38,280 nt of DNA from Verrucomicrobiales bacterium (GTDB lineage Bacteria; Verrucomicrobiota; Verrucomicrobiia; Verrucomicrobiales; V1-33): the NCBI GenBank assembly GCA_947462995.1, contig CANHUG010000002.1, forward strand, positions 1 to 38,280, written 5' to 3'. The position numbers and the translations under genes are program-made. How positions within the stretch are numbered: position 1 is the stretch's first letter; each line of letters starts with the position of its first letter. Below the pieces are notes generated by a model. It saw only the letters and a list, made by a program, of their open reading frames with translations. It was not told the origin of the DNA and ran no database searches. Shown one piece after another: positions 33,062 through 38,280 of the stretch.

Positions 33062-35077
33062 ATGAAAGCGATTCAGCGACTGCTGCTTCCCGCCATAGCC
33101 CTCTTTGCCGGACCGCTTCCGCGGTTGAGCGCACAGGATGTCTGCGCGCGGGTGAAGATTCAGATTGAGCAGGAGCTCACCTTCGAGCGTGAGGCTTTTG
33201 AGGCACGGATGACGATCACGAATGGATTGCCGGAGACTGGTCTGACGGATCTGACGGTCACGGTGAACTTTGCCGATGAGGCGGGGGAGCCGGTGATTGC
33301 GACCAGTGATCCGAACAATCTGGCGGCTCAGTTTTTCATCCGACTGCAGGATGGGAGCAGCATTCCGTCGTCGATAGCGTCCGGGGCTGCGGCATCGATC
33401 AAGTGGTTGATCATTCCGAGTGCCGGGGCGGGTGGTTCGCTGCCTGGGGGTGTGCGATATCTGGTGGGGGCGGAGGTGAACTACAAGGTGGGTGGGAGTC
33501 CTGAGAAGGTGACGGTGGCTCCGGATACGATTTCGGTGAAGCCGATGCCGCGGCTGACGCTGGATTATTTTCTGCCGTCGGAGGTGAATGGAGATGATCC
33601 ATTTACTGCGTTCATTGAAGAACCGGAGCCGTTTTCGCTGGGAGTCCGGATCAAGAACACCGGGTTCGGGCCGGCGACGAAGTTGAAGATTGATTCGAGC
33701 CAGCCGAAGATTGTGGAGAATACGCAGGGGCTGCTGATAGCGTTCCGGCTGCATGGTTGTTCGATTGATGATCTGCCTGCTGCGCCGACGCTGCTGGCGG
33801 ATTTCGGGACGATTCCTGGTGGGACTACGAAGACGGGGCGCTGGCTGATGACGAGCAGCCTTTATGGGCGGTTTATTGAGTTCAACGCGAGTTTTTCGCA
33901 TGCTGATGATCTTGGCGGGCGGCTGACGTCATTGATCGAGAAGGTGAATGCGCGATTGATGGTGAACGACGTGCTGGTTGATCTTGCTGGCCGGGATACG
34001 GTTCGAGATTTTCTGGCGTACACGACTTCAGCGAGGACGGAATTGAAGGTGTGGGAGTCCAGCGGGGTGGAGACGGAGGTCAGTGATGTTTCCGCAGGTT
34101 CGGCGGTGAGTGGGTCGGGCAGTACCCATGTGGTGACGAATCCTGGTGCAGCGGGGTCGCTTTATCTGAAGAAGACAGATCCGAACAATGGGAGGCGGAA
34201 GATTGTGTCGGTCACGAGGGCTGACGGGAAGAGTCTGTCTCCTGTGAATTCGTGGCTGTCGAAGACGTACATTCCCGGTGCGCAGCGCTACAATTACTTT
34301 TTGAATGTCTTTGATACGGGCAATGCGGCTGGGCATGCCTATACGGTGGTGTTTGAGGATGTGGTGCTGGCGAACCGCAAGCCGCGGATGATTGATCCGG
34401 GGAACCGGATTTTTTCGGCTGGCGCGACGTTTGAGATGCTGGTGCTGGCAGACGATCCTGATGCGGATCCGCTGACGATTTCTGCGTCATCGCTGCCGCA
34501 GGGGGCGACGTTCACGAAGGTGAATGAAGGGGTGAGTGCGCTCCGGTGGGCGCCGACGGCGGCGCAGGTGGGTGATTACACGGTTGGGTTCACCGTTTCC
34601 GACGGGTTGCTGGAGGACCGGAAGAACATTACGATCACGGTGACGAGCGATCCGATTTCGATCGCATGGCGGTCGAGGATTTTCGGGCCGGATGGGAGGC
34701 CGTTTGAGATTTTCTTTACGGCTGACGACGATGGCGACGGGATGGACAACGGATTGGAGTATGCGCTGAACAAGGATCCGCGGAATGGTGACGAGAGTGC
34801 GATTGTGATGCGGATTGAGTTGAATGCGGCGGATGAGATGGTGACGACCCTGACATACATTCGGCGGACGGACGATCCGAACCTTGAGGTGGAGGTGGTG
34901 GGATCGGATTCGAGCCGGGATGCGGGGCCATGGGTGGTGCAGCCGCAGGCACCGGATCCGGATCAGGGGGGAGTGCCTGACGGGATGCAGCGGTGGAAGG
35001 CCGTGGACAGTGTGCCGATTTCTGCGAGCCATCCGCGGAGGTTTCTGCGGGTCCGGGCGAAGGTTGGGGCTCCTTGA
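33062..35077 (+). CDS. Exported multidomain hypothetical protein (beta-sandwich domains, Ig/cadherin-like domain, Ca-binding-like DxDxD motif)
   Basis: ATG lies 21 nt after the giant gene's stop. Signal peptide MKAIQRLLLPAIALFAGPLPRLSAQ. The Ig-like segment reads DPDADPLTISASSLPQGATFT...LRWAPTAAQVGDYTVGFTVSDG, followed by TADDDGDGMDNGLEYALNKDP. The C-terminal ...HPRRFLRVRA resembles beta-sandwich tails seen elsewhere in the window. No catalytic motif recognised. Confidence 0.8.
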   Translation: MKAIQRLLLPAIALFAGPLPRLSAQDVCARVKIQIEQELTFEREAFEARMTITNGLPETGLTDLTVTVNFADEAGEPVIATSDPNNLAAQFFIRLQDGSSIPSSIASGAAASIKWLIIPSAGAGGSLPGGVRYLVGAEVNYKVGGSPEKVTVAPDTISVKPMPRLTLDYFLPSEVNGDDPFTAFIEEPEPFSLGVRIKNTGFGPATKLKIDSSQPKIVENTQGLLIAFRLHGCSIDDLPAAPTLLADFGTIPGGTTKTGRWLMTSSLYGRFIEFNASFSHADDLGGRLTSLIEKVNARLMVNDVLVDLAGRDTVRDFLAYTTSARTELKVWESSGVETEVSDVSAGSAVSGSGSTHVVTNPGAAGSLYLKKTDPNNGRRKIVSVTRADGKSLSPVNSWLSKTYIPGAQRYNYFLNVFDTGNAAGHAYTVVFEDVVLANRKPRMIDPGNRIFSAGATFEMLVLADDPDADPLTISASSLPQGATFTKVNEGVSALRWAPTAAQVGDYTVGFTVSDGLLEDRKNITITVTSDPISIAWRSRIFGPDGRPFEIFFTADDDGDGMDNGLEYALNKDPRNGDESAIVMRIELNAADEMVTTLTYIRRTDDPNLEVEVVGSDSSRDAGPWVVQPQAPDPDQGGVPDGMQRWKAVDSVPISASHPRRFLRVRAKVGAP

Positions 35078-35104
35078 TGACTGAAAATTCAAAAGATCTG
35101 ACTT

Positions 35105-36163
35105 ATGAAAACGATTCCGCTACTGCCACGGCTGATTGCGATAGCGGCGGCAGCCGCTCCGGTTGGTGCCCAGACGACAGGGGGTGCGACGGCGCTCGCG
35201 ATCAAGGGGGCCTCTGATTCCCGGCTTTCGCTACCATATCAGCAACCGAGAGTTGATGGGGGGACGGTGGCCGGCGTGACGGCGACGAGTCTTGTGCTAG
35301 CGGGGGAGACGTGGATTCCCGGGCAGTTCACGCGACAGGCGGATGGTACCGGGAAGGTGTGCTATGCGTTGTTTCTGGATGGGCCGCTTGAGGGGGTGTT
35401 TTACAAAGTGCTGAGCAACAATGAGGACACGCTGGTACTGGACACTGAGGGCGACAAGCTGAACGAGCACCCGCTGGGAGCGATTCCGTTCGGGACGCGG
35501 GTGGATATTGTTCCTTACTGGACGGTGGCGGAGGTGTTTGGGGCGGATGAGGCGTCGGTGCTGCTGGAGCCACGGGTTTCTCCGCTGTTTCCGACGGATG
35601 ATCTGCTGTTGTATGACAACGGGCGGTCGGGAATCAACAAGGCGCCGGTGACGACGATTTACTATCGGAAGAACCAGGGGTGGCGGAGTGTGGCTGCGCC
35701 GTCTGACAGCAGTGCGGAGACGATACTTCCGCCTGGAGCGGTGTTCACGGTGCGGCGGCGGGGAGCCACGGATCTGGAGTTGATTAATTTCGGGGTGTAC
35801 TACCGGCAGCGGCGAGCGGTGTTTGTGGCCGGGGGTGCGACGGAGGGGAACGATCAGTATGTGTCGCTGCTGCTGCCGGAGCCAGTGACGCTTGATGAGT
35901 CGAATCTATCCAACGGGGTTGTCCGGCCTTCTGCGAGTCCATTGCTGCGGGCGGATGAGGTCCTTGTGTGGCGTTCTGCGAATCCCGGGTTCAATCAGGC
36001 GCCTGACACGGTGCTTTACTACCGGCCTGCGATCGGGTGGCTCAAGGTAGGAGACAATACGCCGCTGGGCAGTTCGTTTTCGCTCGCTCCAGGCGAAGCG
36101 ATCATCATCCGCAAAAAGCCTTCCAGTCCACCGGCTGACTGGCTGCAAATTCCACCTCCTTGA
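35105..36163 (+). CDS. Exported hypothetical protein with an internal ~60-aa duplication
   Basis: Signal peptide MKTIPLLPRLIAIAAAAAPVGAQ. Repeat A (SPLFPTDDLLLYDNGRSGINKAPVTTIYYRKNQGWRSV...ILPPGAVFTVRRRG) aligns with repeat B (SPLLRADEVLVWRSANPGFNQAPDTVLYYRPAIGWLKV...SLAPGEAIIIRKKP). Confidence 0.8.
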   Translation: MKTIPLLPRLIAIAAAAAPVGAQTTGGATALAIKGASDSRLSLPYQQPRVDGGTVAGVTATSLVLAGETWIPGQFTRQADGTGKVCYALFLDGPLEGVFYKVLSNNEDTLVLDTEGDKLNEHPLGAIPFGTRVDIVPYWTVAEVFGADEASVLLEPRVSPLFPTDDLLLYDNGRSGINKAPVTTIYYRKNQGWRSVAAPSDSSAETILPPGAVFTVRRRGATDLELINFGVYYRQRRAVFVAGGATEGNDQYVSLLLPEPVTLDESNLSNGVVRPSASPLLRADEVLVWRSANPGFNQAPDTVLYYRPAIGWLKVGDNTPLGSSFSLAPGEAIIIRKKPSSPPADWLQIPPP

Positions 36164-36168
36164 AGTTC

Positions 36169-36867
36169 ATGATTCCGGCTTTGCGTTCATTTTTTGTTGT
36201 TCCTTCGGTGCTTGCTGCGGGTGCGGTGTCGCTTGAGGCGGCCAGTATATCCCTGAATATCTCGAGCGGGTTTCTGTTTGGGTCTGCGGGTCTGACGGTA
36301 GCGGACCGGCTACCGGTTTCGACGCTTTGTGTGCTGGTTGCCGATATGGATGGGAATGGATTTGATCCGGTTCCTGCCGGTGCGTTTGTGGGTGGGGGCG
36401 ATCAACTGATCACGATCACGGATTTGGAGCATGATGTTTCGCTGGGGGGGACGCGTGCTTTTGACCTGAGTGCGGGGGGGGGCGGGACGCCGGGATTTTT
36501 CTCCCGGACGCTCAACATTGATCTGGCGCAGTTTGGCGGACGGACGGAAGCGGTGCCGGTGGCGTTGCGGTGGTTTCCGACGCTGTCTGCTGTCTCTGAT
36601 TTTACTCCACTGATGTCCTTGCAGGGGACGCCGTATGGTGAGTTCAGCCGTGTGGTGCCTGCGTATCCGAATACTGATTCATGGATACTGCAGCTCAATG
36701 GCGGGGCGATTTTCGATCTGGATCCGCTGGCGACGTCTGAGTTTGGAGGGATTGATGCGGAGGCGTCGGCGATGGCGACGTACGTTGTGGTGCCGGAACC
36801 GGGAGTGGCAGGCCTTGCGGCGCTTGGGGTGGTGGCGGGGTGGCGGCGGCGAGTCAGGTGTGGCTGA
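36169..36867 (+). CDS. PEP-CTERM-anchored exported protein, paralogue B of the 9577-10440 gene
   Basis: Preferred start is ATG 36169 (MIPALRSFFVVPSVLAAGAVSLEA); the track's 36160 start is TTG. The C-terminus VVPEPGVAGLAALGVVAGWRRRVRCG has PEP, a hydrophobic helix and an Arg cluster. It shares an identical 23-mer CCGGTGGCGTTGCGGTGGTTTCC (36556-36578) with paralogue A (9961-9983). Confidence 0.8.
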   Translation: MIPALRSFFVVPSVLAAGAVSLEAASISLNISSGFLFGSAGLTVADRLPVSTLCVLVADMDGNGFDPVPAGAFVGGGDQLITITDLEHDVSLGGTRAFDLSAGGGGTPGFFSRTLNIDLAQFGGRTEAVPVALRWFPTLSAVSDFTPLMSLQGTPYGEFSRVVPAYPNTDSWILQLNGGAIFDLDPLATSEFGGIDAEASAMATYVVVPEPGVAGLAALGVVAGWRRRVRCG

Positions 36868-37174
36868 GGAGGGGGCGGTGAGTTGGGGTGTTCCTGAGTG
36901 AGATTCAGGGACGTTCCAAATGGAGCGACGGGGTGTTCACTGGGATCTGGTCCGCGGATCCGGGTGACGGTGTGCTGTTGGTGAGGTTGTTTCCGGTGGG
37001 GATGGCGCTGAGTGCCGTTGTGTGGAGGGAGCTAGCTGCTGCGGGCGGGATGTGTGAGGGGTTGGTGCGTGGTTTTGGGGTCGAGTGTTAGGCGCGGCGG
37101 CGGGCTTTGGCTCGATCAGTCAGCTGCGTTCGGGTTCCTGCTTGATTTCAATCTGCAGCTGGCGCGGGACGAAG

Positions 37175-38280
37175 GTAAGCGTCACGCCCAGGATTGAGAT
37201 CATCGCTCGCTTCATACAGGCCATAGCGGGACAGCTATGGTCTATATGAATGCATCTGACCGGATCCTTGACCTGGAGGTGGATGGCCGGGTCTTCGTGC
37301 CGGTGCGGCGGCAGATCGGGCGGGCACGGCGAAAGTCACGCACAGCGCCGCAGCGGGGGACTTCCGCTTTGCGCGGTAGCTATCCCTGTTTCGGTCACCT
37401 TCCGCTCCGCTGCCCACGCCCTGGGTGTCAGCTTCGCATATTCAGCGGCTCGCATTCCGGGCATTCTGGTGAACACGTCCCGGAGATACTCAAACGGATT
37501 GATCCCGTACCTCCGGCAGGCTTCTACCACCGTGAAGAGGATCGCGCTCCGCTCCCCGGCCTCGGCGGCACCAATGAAGAGCCAGTTCTTCTTGCCGACC
37601 GCAGTCGGCCGGATCGAGTTCTCCACTTCATTGTTATCGATCTCAATGCGGCCGTCCTCAAGATAGACCAGCAGGTCGTCCCACAAGTTGAGTGCATAAG
37701 CGCACGCCTTACCCATGGTGCTGCTTGGAAAATGGCGGCGTCTGGCCTTCCAGTTCTCAAGGATCTTCCCGATCCGGAGAACGATGGCCCGGCATTCCGA
37801 GGCCCGACTAGCAGCGCGCAGAGCTGGGCCTGCTCCCTTCTCCCTCAGCCTCGCCTCGATCTCATAGAGGCGGCCCATCAGCCTGACCATGAGTCCGGCA
37901 TCTGCGCGCCATGCTCCTGTCTGGCTGGCTTTGAAGAAGTCGCGGCGCACGTGCGCCCAGCAGGCGGCAAGCCGGATGCGTTCCGCACGGGGGCGGGCAT
38001 ATGCCCGGTATGCCGAATACCCGTCACACTGGATCACACCCTTGAAGCTCTCCGGAACGATTTGTTCCAGCACGGCAGCCGCACGCTCCGTGCTCCAGTG
38101 AAACACGGTGTCGCCGTCCGGACGCTTGACCGTCCAGAAGTAGCCCTGCCGGGCTTTCCCTGTTCCGGGAGCCAGATATTTGATAACCGTCTCGTCGATC
38201 TGCACATATCCATCTCCCCACATTCCGCCGAGTATCCGCTGATAGATTGGCCTGAGCCAGAGTGCCGCAAGGTCAAGCCA
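37175..38280 (-). mobile_element. IS66-family insertion sequence, one end; continues beyond the window
   Basis: The terminal sequence GTAAGCGTCACGCCC at 37175 matches the GTAAGCG start characteristic of IS66-family inverted repeats. It lies ~160 nt beyond the stop of a TnpC-type transposase reading toward it. Confidence 0.75.
37336..38280 (-). CDS. tnpC: IS66-family transposase (TnpC), N-terminus outside the window
   Basis: The frame stays open to the window edge (WLDLAALWLRPIYQRILGGMWGDGYVQIDETVIKYL...). Typical IS66 blocks are present: DET.I, QGYFWT, IQCDGYSAYR, ACWAHVRRDF, IEIDNNEVENSIRPTAVGKKNWLF and INPFEYLRDVF. Confidence 0.9.
   Translation of the reverse strand, partial: WLDLAALWLRPIYQRILGGMWGDGYVQIDETVIKYLAPGTGKARQGYFWTVKRPDGDTVFHWSTERAAAVLEQIVPESFKGVIQCDGYSAYRAYARPRAERIRLAACWAHVRRDFFKASQTGAWRADAGLMVRLMGRLYEIEARLREKGAGPALRAASRASECRAIVLRIGKILENWKARRRHFPSSTMGKACAYALNLWDDLLVYLEDGRIEIDNNEVENSIRPTAVGKKNWLFIGAAEAGERSAILFTVVEACRRYGINPFEYLRDVFTRMPGMRAAEYAKLTPRAWAAERKVTETGIATAQSGSPPLRRCA

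Noticed and set aside
36888-37091. 67-aa GTG-start ORF after the PEP-CTERM gene, as a possible immunity or small protein
   Set aside because: It is Gly/Val/Trp-rich and lies in a strongly G+T-skewed stretch. It has no TM or signal features and is ~3.8 kb away from the Rhs tail, so it is most likely non-coding.
37124-37174. 17-codon minus-strand frame (FVPRQLQIEIKQEPERS-stop) abutting the IS66 end, as a remnant of a disrupted gene
   Set aside because: It is too short to assign, and its upstream part would lie where the IS now sits. It is mentioned in a finding but not called as a pseudogene.
37250-37666. 138-aa + strand ORF inside the IS66 region
   Set aside because: It is antisense to the clearly conserved TnpC reading frame and Arg/Ser-rich, so it is an artefact.

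Overview
This is a high-GC bacterial chromosomal segment. Its gene content (a DUF1549/DUF1553 + DUF1501 pair, a PEP-CTERM anchor, many FG-GAP/Ig-type exported domains) suggests a PVC-group organism (Verrucomicrobiota/Planctomycetota-like); this is inference only. All functional calls rest on motif recognition by eye, since no database search or computation was possible.

- **Left edge:** the last ~106 nt of a 5S rRNA and the rrn operon terminator.
- **0.4-5.6 kb:** ordinary genes: a SIS-domain MurQ/GckR-like protein, a HAD hydrolase, an exported hypothetical, a glutaredoxin-like protein, RmlD and Hsp20.
- **6.0-9.4 kb:** a DUF1549/DUF1553 protein paired with a Tat-signal DUF1501 protein.
- **9.6-36.9 kb:** a co-directional eight-gene cluster dominated by one uninterrupted 20.2-kb ORF (6,729 aa from the preferred start).
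  - The giant protein has a Sec-type signal peptide and five Ig-like/PPC modules. Three of these form a 2.2-kb tandem triplication, each carrying a seven-bladed FG-GAP propeller.
  - It continues with CARDB and FN3-like domains, a Gly/Ser/Thr linker encoded by microsatellite-like DNA, a Cys-rich segment, and a complete Rhs/YD shell ending in PxxxxDPxGL.
  - It ends in a 135-aa histidine-free, Cys/Lys/Gly-rich C-terminal domain that I cannot assign to any toxin family.
  - Upstream lies a rhodanese / MauE-DoxX / DUF1573-like-rhodanese-CxxC membrane module. Downstream lie two exported proteins of unknown function.
  - The cluster is bracketed by two paralogous exported proteins, the distal one PEP-CTERM anchored.
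  - No immunity-sized ORF and no PAAR/VgrG, TpsB or T1SS gene is visible.
- **Right edge:** the end of an IS66-family element (GTAAGCG terminal repeat, TnpC transposase running off the window).
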